A stretch of DNA of 64,000 nt, taken from the NCBI GenBank assembly GCA_030141605.1, contig JAQGDQ010000106.1:62001-126000 (forward strand). Reading direction: 5' to 3'. A program made the translations under genes and the position numbers. Source of the stretch: Tubiluchus corallicola. Its lineage: Eukaryota; Animalia; Priapulida. The notes under the pieces are model-generated. The model saw only the letters and a list, made by a program, of their open reading frames with translations, did not search any database and was not told the DNA's origin. The stretch's first letter is position 1, and every line of letters begins with the position of its first letter. Positions 1 through 12,800 of this stretch are shown piece by piece.

Positions 1-34
1 ACAACATAGACGTAACATAACAAAACCCAATATA

Positions 35-251
35 AAGTGGCATGTAAACTACATAAAGTTTATGTAGCATGCGGATGCGGGTATGTTTTCCATCTGCGGA
101 ACATCCCGCGGGAAAAAACAATAGGAAATACTTGCAGAAAAAAATAACACATATGCAGGCTGCATAAACAGGTGCATTTAAAACAATATAAACCGATTTT
201 ATCTATTCTGCACCACCCAAAATGCATCCGCATCCTACATAAAGGCCACTT
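35..251. mobile_element. Small MITE-like element with imperfect terminal inverted repeats
   Basis: Left end aagtggc...tttatgtagcatgcggatgc is the reverse complement of right end gcatccgcatcctacataaaggccactt; the left copy carries a short self-complementary insertion. No coding capacity. Confidence 0.5.
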
Positions 252-255
252 AAAT

Positions 256-782
256 GATCATGACCTACTAATTTTGAAAAAGGCAGATCTATAAATCAAC
301 AAGAAAATGAAAGACTGTGTTCCTTCTGTATCATTAGTAGAGATAACGTGTAAAACCCAATAGAGGATGAACACCAAGTGGTATTTGAATGCCCCGCATA
401 CAAAGAAATCAGACAAAAATACAAAAATCGTTTTTATAATTTTACGTTTTTTAAATGGCTCGGTTTTTTCCATATTTTTGTTATTTAGCTTCAACAATAA
501 GTCTGACCTCAACAACTTTGATAGCTTTATCAGCGAATGCATGCTCTGTAGATCAAACAAAACTCTCGATCCATACCATACATAAAAATTAGACAATAAT
601 GTGGAATCCTAGTTGGATATAATATTATTTTGTTTAACGTAAATGTTACTAGGCTTAGTTAATTGAACTTTTTTTGTATGTATACTGTTGCTAACTTAAT
701 AGCCTAATTTTGCTCATAGCTCATTTTGCTGATGTACTATTCTATTCTTATGTGTGCAAATAAACTGAATTGAATTAAATTC
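256..782 (+). mobile_element. Decayed 3' end of a non-LTR retrotransposon (ORF2 C-terminal Cys/His motif, 3'UTR and tail)
   Basis: Broken frame reads HDLLI/EKGR...ERLCSFC...*...IEDEHQVVFECPAYKEIRQKY, the HxLxIExGR...CxxC...EDExH...CPxY motif of LINE ORF2 C-termini. It is followed by AATAAA and a short (TTGAA)-type tail at about 758-782. Confidence 0.7.
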
Positions 783-834
783 CATTGGTAAGGTCAGAAT
801 TAACGTGTGACATTGCAATTCACACACGTGCAAC

Positions 835-3800
835 ATGTCTTTTTCGTTATTTCGGTCTTTAAATTTTATACAAAAATCCACACCTGTGGGATTTTCTAAA
901 ATAACTTTTTTTCGGACGTTGTCATCAAACCTACGTCTTGTGAGGCGCACTCATTCTTTTGGTGATTTTCCGCAAGGTTTACCGCTGGTAAAGTCAGCAG
1001 ATCGTACTTTACAGTGTTTTACTCGGTTCGTAAGTTTTCTTGTTAGACTAATAGTAATAGTAATATTCTATTATAATAAGTAATAATAACGATGAAATGG
1101 AATTTTGCAAGTTTTTCTGTTTATCGTCTTGTACATTTTTGTTTCTGATTTTTGCCGTTTATTTCATAGCAAGATCCAAGGCGCATTTGCTATTTAGGTG
1201 GTCGTTTTTTTCCGTCTGTTTTCTGCAAAGCTTCAGCTTGTCTGCAAAGCTTTTGCTGACTTAGGGATGTCACGTGTAACTGCTAATTGGATAACTGTGT
1301 CTGACAAATATGGATTTCGTGTGATTGATCACAGTAGAGCTGGTTGTGTCATCTAGTTTACCCAATTCGATGTACGTTGAGTCAGGGACGTTACCGAAAC
1401 TGAATTTACGAACCGAAAACAAAATTTATGAAACATAGGAAACCGAACAGTTTTGCAAAACCAACTACTATTAAAATTGAAAAAAAGAAAATTCTGAAAT
1501 AAGTAGAATATTTTGTTTTTGTTGTTTGCTTTTATTTGCTGTGATGCAAAATTACTGATAAAAAATTTTAATGCAGAAATGACAAGGAAGTTTTATAGTA
1601 TGGAGTGGTTTGCCTTAGAAAATGTGTTATAATGTTTTCGGATTTAAGTATTCTTAATGATTATTGTTTAAAGATCATAATGCTTCATTAAAAATAAATA
1701 AATTTTATTTTGTTGCCTATATTTCATAAATTATAAAATTAAACATGATTTGCTCAAGTGAATGCAAAAGTGGTTTGATATTTTGGTTCATTGGGCATGG
1801 AGACCCTAAAACTTCACAGTCGTCACAAACTGTAACGTAAACAAAATTTTCGCTTTAATTGAAATAATTTAGCCAAGATTTTTTAGTGGTTCTTGACATC
1901 TAGGAGAAAAGAAAAGGTAGATTGGATAAATACTAGTAAAACCTCAGAAAATGCTACCGAAAATTACCCGAAATTTAATAAATTTCGCTGAAACCGAAAC
2001 TTAACCGTAAGTAAACCTGTCTCGAGTAATAATCAAGGAGTTACTAGGTAATCGCTGTGCTTCATATACATGAGATTTACAACAGCCTTTTCCCATGGTC
2101 GCTTTCAAACAGTAGCTTGTGCATTTCATATAACAAGTTCTGCAATTTTTAATTTAATCACTGCTTAAAATACCTGGCTGCCACATGAATTGGCAAGTTC
2201 TCTCATGGCACTTTATGATACCTTAATGCCCTCCATGACGGTGATCGAGGATTTCTGATCTCAATGATGATGGAATGAACAGTCAGGTAGCATACATAAT
2301 GATACTTTGCTGAACTGTGATGTAAAATAAACATGACGTATTTTTGATATTAACAACAATTTACTTTTTAATATTGTTGGCAAATCAATATGTATGTAGT
2401 TACATTGAAAACCTTGATAGCAAAAACACAGCAAAAGTAGATGCTGAAGTTGAAACAGTATTATTAATCGCATTACTCACTTTACAATATCATTTTTTCG
2501 TATTTATGACATTTAAGCAATATGTGTTTAGACACAAAGAAGTACTGCATTTCTTGTATGAAAGTGAATGAAATGGAAGTTTTGTAACATACGATCTAAA
2601 ATGATCATGGATATAATAAAACTAATAAAATACAGTGCCATAGTCATGTTAGCCTATGTACAGCAAACATAATTGCTCATGTGGAATAGTTAGAGCTTAC
2701 TGCATGTAAGTCAGAAGAAGCGAGAGAAGAAAGTCGACCTTTCCTGGACATCCAAGGTTGACCTTTCTCTGTCACTCAAGGTCGACCCAAAATGTCTACG
2801 GACTTGCGTCACCCTTTTGCGATGACCTTTTTGCACCAACCGTGGCGTTAAAATATAGATAAACAGAAATTGTTTATTTATGTATTTTGGCATACAATGG
2901 CAGAAGATTTGTAGAAACACTGAAATGAAAAAATAAAACACCGTGCACATGCTGAGTAGGTTGTAAAAAATTAATTATTTTTTTATGTTATACAGATTTC
3001 CATTTTCTTTACATCATAGTGTACATAAAGATTGTGTCTTTCTATTGCAGTACTATTTTCAGCAATACTTTTCTTGTACCGCCTGCGACTGCATTTTAAA
3101 AAAAGGCTATCTAAACTGGAAGCTAACCAGTTCGATCTTGATTAAGGTTCTATTTTGGGCTATTTTAGATGCGTAACTACTCAAACCAAAATAGATGTTG
3201 ATGCAGACAGAGGCAGAACTCAGACTACGACACTTTCTCTTGATCGTGCTTTATATAGGCTAGATAATGATGTAAAGAGGACAGGAAGAATTTACAAACA
3301 GGATGTGCTGGACATATATCATTCCATACAGCATATTGGTAAGCCAGCTATATTTAGCCTGCTGTTAATTATATATGCTGCCCGAAAAGCATAACTCCTC
3401 TAGTATTAAAGTAGAGATGAATTGCATTAAAAATTATTATTTTTAATCATTTAGTTCTAGGTGAGAAAATTGCTTATTATCTATGAAAATTGAAAAATAT
3501 TTTTTCTGTCAAGGATTTCAAATGTTTTAGGCGGAGTGACTAGCACACAGGCAATGTTGATGATTCGATGCTGCGGATCATTTCTTGCAGAGGCTTTTCC
3601 CGAAGAGAGAACCCACCTCGTTAATTCAATGTGGAAGACATTTGAACAGATAGGTGTCTATTATTTTACTTTCTAATGTTACGTCAACTTTGTTTAATTA
3701 TGTAGTCAAGGTGAGAATTGAAATCTGACCTTTTTGCTCTGTTAATAACTGTTAAAATGGAATCCAGAATTTAGACTGCCGGATTCCGTGTATATTATTT

Positions 3801-6800
3801 CTATATAATTGTATATGGTCAAATCTCATTTTCGCTCTTTTTTGCAATTATTATACGAATTAACTTTTAAACTGATTTTTTAGCTTCCTGCTAGCTGTTT
3901 AAATAAATAGGCACTTACAATGGAAGAAATCTTCAAATATTTCATTGTTTAGAGATGCATCATTTTTTTTAATCATTTGTTACCATGCTCCGTTTCTAGT
4001 ACCTTTAGGTATAAACTAGGACTGCTGCAGACATGAATGGAAACTGCTTGTTGCAGTATATACAGTAGTCCGGTAAAGTAATTTAGTGTATATTGCAGTA
4101 TATACTATAAAGTTTGTAGTAGTCCTTAATTGGTGTAAAAATAAAAAAATACTAAATTGGGCAGCTACTTCAGCTAATTACTATAAGCTTCACATCTTTA
4201 ATTTAACAACACATAATTGACATTTATCAAAGTGAGATATTTTTGTGCAAAAACCTTGTTAGTATTTAGTTCGTGTCCAATCTCATCTGTATCATAGAAT
4301 GTAAAATGGGAACAAGTTTACTATTTGCATTGCAAAAAAAATCGTGTCTATGTCATATGTAAATGTTGGACTAGACTTATTCTGGTTTCAGTGTCTGCAA
4401 ATAGGTTTGCTAACGTAAACTGGAAATTTCCAGTCCAAAGTAGAGTTTTATGCAACCAACATATATTGTGCCAAAATCTGGGTCTGTTGTATATGAGTAA
4501 ACCTGATTCTTTTCGAGGCTAGGTTTTATTCAAAATAATGAATTTAACGAGCAACATTGTCATTTAAGGGTTTATTTATGTATTTTAGGTGCGCCATTAG
4601 ATATTAGTCATTACAATGCTTTACTGAAGGTTTACTTAGAGAATGAACACAAATTTTCTCCTGTCGAATTCCTGTCCTCTCTTCAGGCAAAACAAGTAGA
4701 GCCAAACAGGGTAAGAGTATCTTGTGTTTTCATAATGATTGATTGATTGACTGCAAGCAAACATATTCCTTTCAGAGACTTAATTTTTTATTCTGTAAAT
4801 ATTTCAAACTGTTTGAAAGGTCTGTTAAAATGATTTTTGAAGTTCTGCTTCAAATTTCAAGTCATGTATTATTGAATCAAATTAATTTTATTATAGGTGA
4901 CATTCCAACGCCTTATTGCTCGGTATTGTCAAGATGGTGATATACAAGGCGCAGGGTAATTTTTTGTGGATGTTTTTTGTGTATTCTATATAAGTATTAT
5001 CTTAATGGTTAATTTAGCTTTTTTCACTTTCAACTATTTTTTGTGTACCTGCTCATGTACTTACTGTTGACTGTGGTATCACCTGAGCCTTTCATTCTCA
5101 TCTTCCAAGATGAGACAGTCACCGGACAGAGGCATAATATTCATGTTGAGATGTTTATACAGCTTGATCAATGAAAGAAATTGTTGAATGCGATATTAAT
5201 GGTGAAGCTCTACAAGAATAATTTTATCCATTTACCAATATGGCCCAGCACTGATTAACTTCACAGTTTATTATACAACATGACATTTCATCTGTTACCT
5301 CACACCTTGAATTATGTAAAATTAAATCAGTGAACAATTCACAGGAAAGTTTCTACCTGCAAACCACAATGTGGTACTTAAATGGCTTCCAGTGTTGAAA
5401 GCTGCAAAGCAAATATACTCGAGTATACAGACCGTTCAGCCATTTCTTATATTAACGCATACTTTTATTTTCTTTATACTATGAGAAGGCATGTTTCAGC
5501 TAATTACTTCTCCTGTTAAATTTTCCAGGAGCATTTTGGAGCATATGAAGTCTGCCAACCTGCCGATAAATGAAAATGTTTTTAACTCGCTTATAACTGG
5601 CCATGGACGTTCTAAGTATGTAGCTCAGTAAAATGTTTACCATGTTGAATGCTGACTTATCTTTTGTTTTGTTGTGTTGGCAATTTGTGTGTTATTTCTT
5701 ATTATTGATTTAGTTTGGCAAGGAAAAATTTTAAATAAAATTACAACTTTTACTCTATTTTCACATTATTTCCTTGGGACGAGTTGCTGCACACTTGGAT
5801 CAAAAATGTTTTATTCTAGTGGAACAGTGTCATTTTGTAAGTCTGTCACTAGAATTAGAGGAAGTTGTCAGTAATGGTGGTTTGTTTATTTTTGAAATTT
5901 ATTTAATTGAAAAAGTCGGTAGCGGTAGACTGGTACTTAACTTTTGCCCCAGCTTAAAAAAAAACTAATCTTCGTTCCAAAGAAACGTGAAATTGTTGGT
6001 ATTGCATCTTTTTATTTGGCTGTATTGTTTAGCTGAAGGAAAACCAAGAACAGGTGTTTAAAATATGTGCATAATTATTCAGCAAAATTTACAATGGGAT
6101 GAGTAAGCAGATAGTTACATTAGTATAACAATAGATTTTGGCCTACTGCATACTGACAATAAATGGCCTAGCTAAGTTTTAGTAAGATGCATATAGTACA
6201 TGATATGGCAAACATATCAACTAGAAACTACATTGTAGATTAAACTTTTACAAGATATAATAATATAATAATAGACCATACCTAGTTATGTGTGCTTCAT
6301 GATACCCTCAATAAGGATCTGCCAGGAAATAATATAGCACTCTGTTAGTCACTGTATTAACTCAACCTAATGCAAGGTTGAGAACAAATTATATAGACTT
6401 CAAAAGATGCATCTTAGAAATAGAATAGTTAGTTCAATTATGGGCAATTATGCAGAACACCAATTAACACTATCTGTAAACTTACTCATGAAAGTTGTAT
6501 GTTATTAATGAACCTGTTTGCTGGGGCAGACCCATGCAATCAGGGCGAAGCAATAAGAATAAACCAACGCCAGTCAACTTATTGAAACCACTCAAGATAG
6601 CAAGGCATTCTTTGCAGTTGACATTTTAGGTCATCTTGCCTCGCATCCTTTGACTGCAATTTTTTATTGTTGTGTAATTACATTTATTATTTCCAGTGAT
6701 ATGGAAAGTGCACTAGGTGTATTGGATATCATGCGCAGTGCTCAACTAGAGCCATCTAGTGACACATACGCTGCACTACTTTGCGCATTTGCTGAAAAAG

Positions 6801-9741
6801 GTGATATGGAAAACATCGACAAGGTTTGGAAGCAATTTAAATTTTTCGTTTTTAAATGAGTTTGTAGCTGGTTATTGTACATGTGAGGTAGATTGTGTAT
6901 ATAGTAATTCTCCACATCATGGCCAGGATTTTAAACTTTGGTATTTACTGTGTACTGTCTATTTATGTAGTTTAGTTATTGTGTATTCCAAAGCTGAAAC
7001 TGCAATAACAATATAAATTCAGAAATTTGAAAATTAAATAACATGTCATAATGTGAATTGACCGGAAGATAATATGCAAGCAGACAAAGAAATATGTGAA
7101 GGATTCAGAAGGTGCAAGGGTGCGAGGTGGGAGAAGTGGAAAATATGGGAAGATTAGAATAAAATAACTGAATGGATACATATCCAAATCTGTGAGTGTA
7201 ATGCCGTGACGGTGTTTACACCTGACTATATCTGGTCGGCTATGGTTAATTCATGTTTCAGTGTCTCATAAACACATTGCATTTTCTGGACTGGCCGTCT
7301 AACATATAAGTTCTCTCGCAAGCCGCATTGCTCGCAGATTAAAAATGCATGGATTACTTCCAGTACTTAAATTTTCATGGGAAAAAGTTTGAATTTAACT
7401 CGAAGCTCTTAGGAGGAGTTGAATGGTAATTAATCAAAAAATGATCGAAGTCAAATGTCCTTGACCTTATAACCAAGGTCATCATACTACTTTCAAGGCC
7501 TCTACTCCTGGTATCTACCTTGTAAGTCTTTTGACTAGCCGTGTGTGACTGGATGCTCAGACTTTCACATTTTGCCTCTTGTCCCGGGTAAAACAATATC
7601 ATCTGGTTTTAATCATGCAGTTGTCACTGCCATTGCCCTTATCCCCGGGTGTCTTGTCTGTAAGCTCTGTGATTATACTTATGGAACTTTTAGAGTTGCT
7701 AAGTTTAACGCATTTTGGCTTCTATCTCGGGCCCTTACACCTGCTTTGCAATACCTAAGCACCTGTGAAAAAATCAGAATTTAGCGTAAAAACCCTAGGA
7801 GTTGAATGGTAATTGAAGAAACTGACCAGTGTCCATTGTATTTGAACCTTCCACCAAGGTCACCATTCCTATACCACTTTCAGAGCCCCTATCCCAAGTA
7901 TCTACCCTGATAGTTTTGCAACTGTAACCCTGTGGATTTCCGAGTTAAAAGGATTTTATAAGTGGAAAACTGAATGCCTAACGTAATAATAAAAATTTAA
8001 ACGTAATCAATAATAATAATAATAAAATTAATATTACAAACACTAGGTGGATAATAAACTTAACAGTACAAACACTAAGAGAGAAAAATCGGTGAGGTTT
8101 TTCCTGTGAGAAGAAAAGCAGATTAAGCTAAGTGCAATGGAAATCAAATCAATGACATAACAGAGCAGGTAGATATGGATACCGTCCAGTTTGTTTTTAT
8201 TAGTATCAATAATTTTGTCATGTTGCCACTATATTTTGCTAATAGATGTTAGTTGTTCCTCTAATAAATTTTTTAAATCTTTGTTGTTTTAGTATTTGGC
8301 AGATGCAAAGTCACATAATGTATCACTGTTGGATAAAGATCTCTTAGACGTCGTTTATTCTTTAGCCAGCAGTGGTCATGCACAACATGTGGAACAGGTA
8401 AGTGTTTACATTGTGTTTTGGTGTTGCTATAAATTTCATTATTTCACAGTAATTATTAATCACTGATAATAATGATGACAGCTTGGCAATTTGAGCAACA
8501 ACCAGTCTTTAGCTCTAGAATGAATAGCTATATTTTGTCCAGGAAATATTACATGCTGGAAAGTGATACCAATATGCCCTGCATGTTTTTAGTTTTTGGC
8601 AAAAGGTGATATGGAGCCATGCAGTGTGACACTAATTTGCAAAATCTTTTGTTTCTTATCTTATTTTTGCAGATAATAGCAAAACTGACACGGTCAATTG
8701 GTTACAATCAAGACACATTTAACACAATTCTTCATCTAGTCAATAAAGGTCATATTGATGTTGGATATCAGCTGTTGTTGACAATGAGACGAGGTACAAT
8801 GCCCAGTGGCGATCCTGCTCCGGTTGGTCATTTTTTTCTGAAGCAGTTGGTCAGGACTGGTGCGGTAAGAAATTTTGATGTTTCAAAAACTATGTACACG
8901 TGTACCTATAAATTCATAATACCGAGATTTGATAGAGCTTCGAGTTAGGTTAATCTTTAGCTTACTTTTAGTTTGTGACTTGCAAAAAATACACTAGGCA
9001 CCATTTTTAGACTCACAATTAATACAGTCAGCTGCCTAATTGACACAAAACGTGCAGTATGGGATGCTCGTATTCAAATGTCTATAAAAGCCATCGGTAA
9101 ATGATTCAAGAAACACAATATAATTCACTCAATATTTTTGTTTCATGTACTTTGCCCTATATATGATTAAAGGGGTTTTACCACCTTTATACGATCTTTG
9201 CTTCTGTTTTGTACGTTGTAATGTACATAAAAACAATCATGTCAAGTACCGTTTTGTTAGTAAGCAGGTATAACAGTTTGCTGTAAACACATTACCCATT
9301 CAGGACCTTCTGCAATCAAACTCGTTGCCCGAGAAATTTGTACACTTAGTCACTTGCCTTTTTTTAATCTTTTTTTTACTAATTTGCTTTTGTAAAAATT
9401 GTGTTTTAAATAATTTGACTTAGGAGTTCAGACACTAATTCGCTTCTGAAAGTCATTTAAACTTTGGGACCGTTGAAGTCCATACTCTAATAATGTAATA
9501 TAGGCTATTATATGATATTTTTCAGTCTGTTTAAACAATTTCAAAGTGTTTTGATAATTTATTACTGTCTTTGAAATTTTTTCTTTCTTGCTTTTAGCCT
9601 GTATTGATAGCATTTTTACTAGCTTTTTAAATCTGTATTTTAATCTTCAACATTTACTACTAATTGTATTTTATTGTAACGAGTAATGAGACAGCGTATT
9701 GCTCATAAAAGAATAAATTATTATTATTATTATTATTAATG

Positions 9742-9824
<83 letters not shown>

Positions 9825-12800
9825 GTTTAATTCCTTTAGTAGTAATACCTTTTACATAGGTTAATAGTCGGTTAATTGGTTTAAAACACTTCAGTCCCAA
9901 AGTAAGTCTCTTAAGCGGCGCCTATTGCATGCAGTATGCTTGCATTTCCCGTATAACTATTTCTGACTCTTATCATGCTAAGAGATGCTGCCAAAAGCTT
10001 TCCTATATACTGTTTTTTATCATTTAACCAGCTTTCCTGTACTTCGTTTCTGCTTCTTATGTTAAAAACATATTTATTTAAGCAACTTCAGTGTATTACA
10101 TGTTTGTACAGAATTTTTAGGCTTTCTGTCTCTATTTAAATTGACATTTATGTTAAATCATTTAGAAAGTTATTTTTCCTATCTCGTTCTCAGTTAAATT
10201 TGGTAGGATAAATGTTAAGTGATAAATCAATCATAAAAGTACTAGGGCCTTTGCTAGCAAGCCTCCTTGCAATTTATTCAAGCCGAAGCAGCATTTTTAG
10301 GAACTAATATTTATTTTGTGCATCAGGTAGTTGTACATCTCCTTATTCTTTCTTTATATTTAAAGTGGTTTCTTGTAAAGCAATCAAAGGTATAAAATAT
10401 GTTTTGATGCTTGATAGTCGTCTTAATTTTATTGTTGTTAATAATTTGTATTACCTTTACTCTTTAACAGGTTATGTAAATGTCTGAAGATTCAAAAAGC
10501 TTGTATTGCCTCTAGAATTACGAAACTTATTTCTTCAGCTTCATTTTTATTGTTGTTATTATTGTTGTTAGTCCACAGAGAAATTGATAGAATTGTCTGA
10601 GGATATGGAAGCTAAACAGTTGAACACCATGGCAGTAACTAAAGTTGCAGAGTGTGCTCTTATAGAGGTGAAGCCAGAAATTGCCGTAGCTTTCCTCCGA
10701 AAGATGAGAGAAAAAGGATTGCCTGTACGTACTCACTACTTTTGGCCACTGCTGTTACAGTATGGAAAACAAGGAGATAAAGCAAGTATGTACTTTTTCG
10801 AGCAGCAGTCTATTTTATCTTTGCAAGCAAAAATTTGTTAAAAAGTAGACTTTTTCCTTAAAATCCATGCCATTTGCTGGTAGATAGGTCAAGTCTTTTA
10901 CATGTTTTTTTCTTTTGAGAAATTAGCATGTATCATAGTAACAGTTAAGTTACCAATTTTCTTTATAGCAATTTTGTTATTTGCCTTTGTACAGAAAAAA
11001 TGTATTTTTTCACTTTTTATAATATTTCAGAAACCTTTGAAATTCTGAAAGCAATGGTAGAAATGGGCTGCCCTGGATCATTTGAAACACTAGCAGATTA
11101 TGTGCTGCCATACATGGGTGATATAGAGCCATTAGACTTCGTCGATGACCTTCAAGTAACCTGCATAATTACCTGCTTAATTTTTAACAATATCTTATTT
11201 CTTATTTAAAATAGTTTAGTATATTTTGTTTTTATTAATTAACTCTTAACGAGGAAGTATAAGTGTTACTAGCAAGAGGTAAATTAAGTTATGGGGAAGT
11301 CTATCAAGAGCTTAATATGTATTTCTGTTGTAATGTATGCAATTGTATGAATATTTTCGTTATAGATGGCAACAGACTTACAGAATCAAAAGGTGAATGT
11401 ATTTGGAAAATTACTGTAACACGAGACACTGATAATGTACAACATGGCCAGTTGTTGTTAACTAATCATGAAAAAAATTTCTGGCTGTCAGAGTCTTATT
11501 TATGTAATTGTGAAGATGTAGTACATTATTGGGTCTGCTGACTCCCTTGATTTTCCAAATCTGTTGCCGTTATGTTGCCAGCCGTCAGCTAGTGTCCGTC
11601 GTCCATCCACAATTTGAGTTTAAGTTAGTTGTAGCTAGAGTAGTGTTGAAATTTTTGGTAATGGGGTTCCTTTGGGACAAGATGGTGATAAAGTTCAAAG
11701 TGATCTGGAGGGCATATCCAGAACAGCTATAATAGCTATATAGCAATGGTGGTCATAGTGGGAGGCTTCAAGTCAGCTCAGTGTGGGAATTAGTTCATTG
11801 CAAGGAATTAAAGTGGTCTGCCACTATTGACATTACAACCCAACATTGACAAAACTGTTTGATCAAACGTGTGGGGGGAGTTGGAGCAGATCCATGATTT
11901 GACCATTTGCAAGACATAAAGGCAGGTTTTGTGCTACACAATGTCAAGTATAGATGTTAGACAATGATGTGCAATGGCCTGCTCTGTACCTTCTTTTATT
12001 GGGGTACAAGATTGTAGATATGATGGGAGAATCCCACTAAGCTCAATGTGATGAATTACAGTAACCTTTCACTTACTGTTGGTGGGTGGATCCAGGAGTC
12101 AAACAGTTGCACTATAGTGTTATAAAGGCAAGTTTTGTCCTGCAAAATGTCAAGCGTAAATATAAGACGATGGGTGACACTTGTAGGCAGTGGTTTGGGG
12201 GCAATGATTGTCCCTCTTTCAGGAGAGGATCCATAATGGTGTGTATAGTGAGTGTCAGCTCAGTGTGAAGAATTAGGATGAGGAAGACCTGTTACGTATT
12301 GACAATCCAACAGTGACAAAAATATTTTACCCCTCTGGGATCTAGGATTTGAACAATCGGTACTATAGTGGTATGAGGCAATTTGGAAATTTGGTCCTGG
12401 TTAACTTTGGGTCCTGAAGGGCATACAGGTAAAAGGTTATCAAGAGGGCCTATTCAGAATAGTGCGAAACAGGTCGAAACATCAGTAGCTACAGAACAAG
12501 GTTGGATATATTGGGAGTCAGCGAGTCAACCAGATGAAATGAATTAGGGTAACTGTCAGCTACTATGTTTTGTGAATACAAAAAAATAGGAGGCTGTCTC
12601 ATTTATAGCAGTTTCCTAAATAATAGCCTATTTATATTTACTCTGTATGTGTGCTAACAGCAACATGTGAGATTATAATAGTAATTTTTTGAGAGAAGAG
12701 CAGCTGTAATGAGTCTAATGCGGAAATGCAGTCTTTCTGTCTCACTGTATGAATGTGTGTACACATGTATGTATGCATGTGTATGTGTGTGTGTGGGTGC

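Noticed and set aside
258-596. 112-aa and 72-aa ORFs
   Set aside because: Off-frame or antisense readings of the LINE relic; the meaningful frame is interrupted by a stop.
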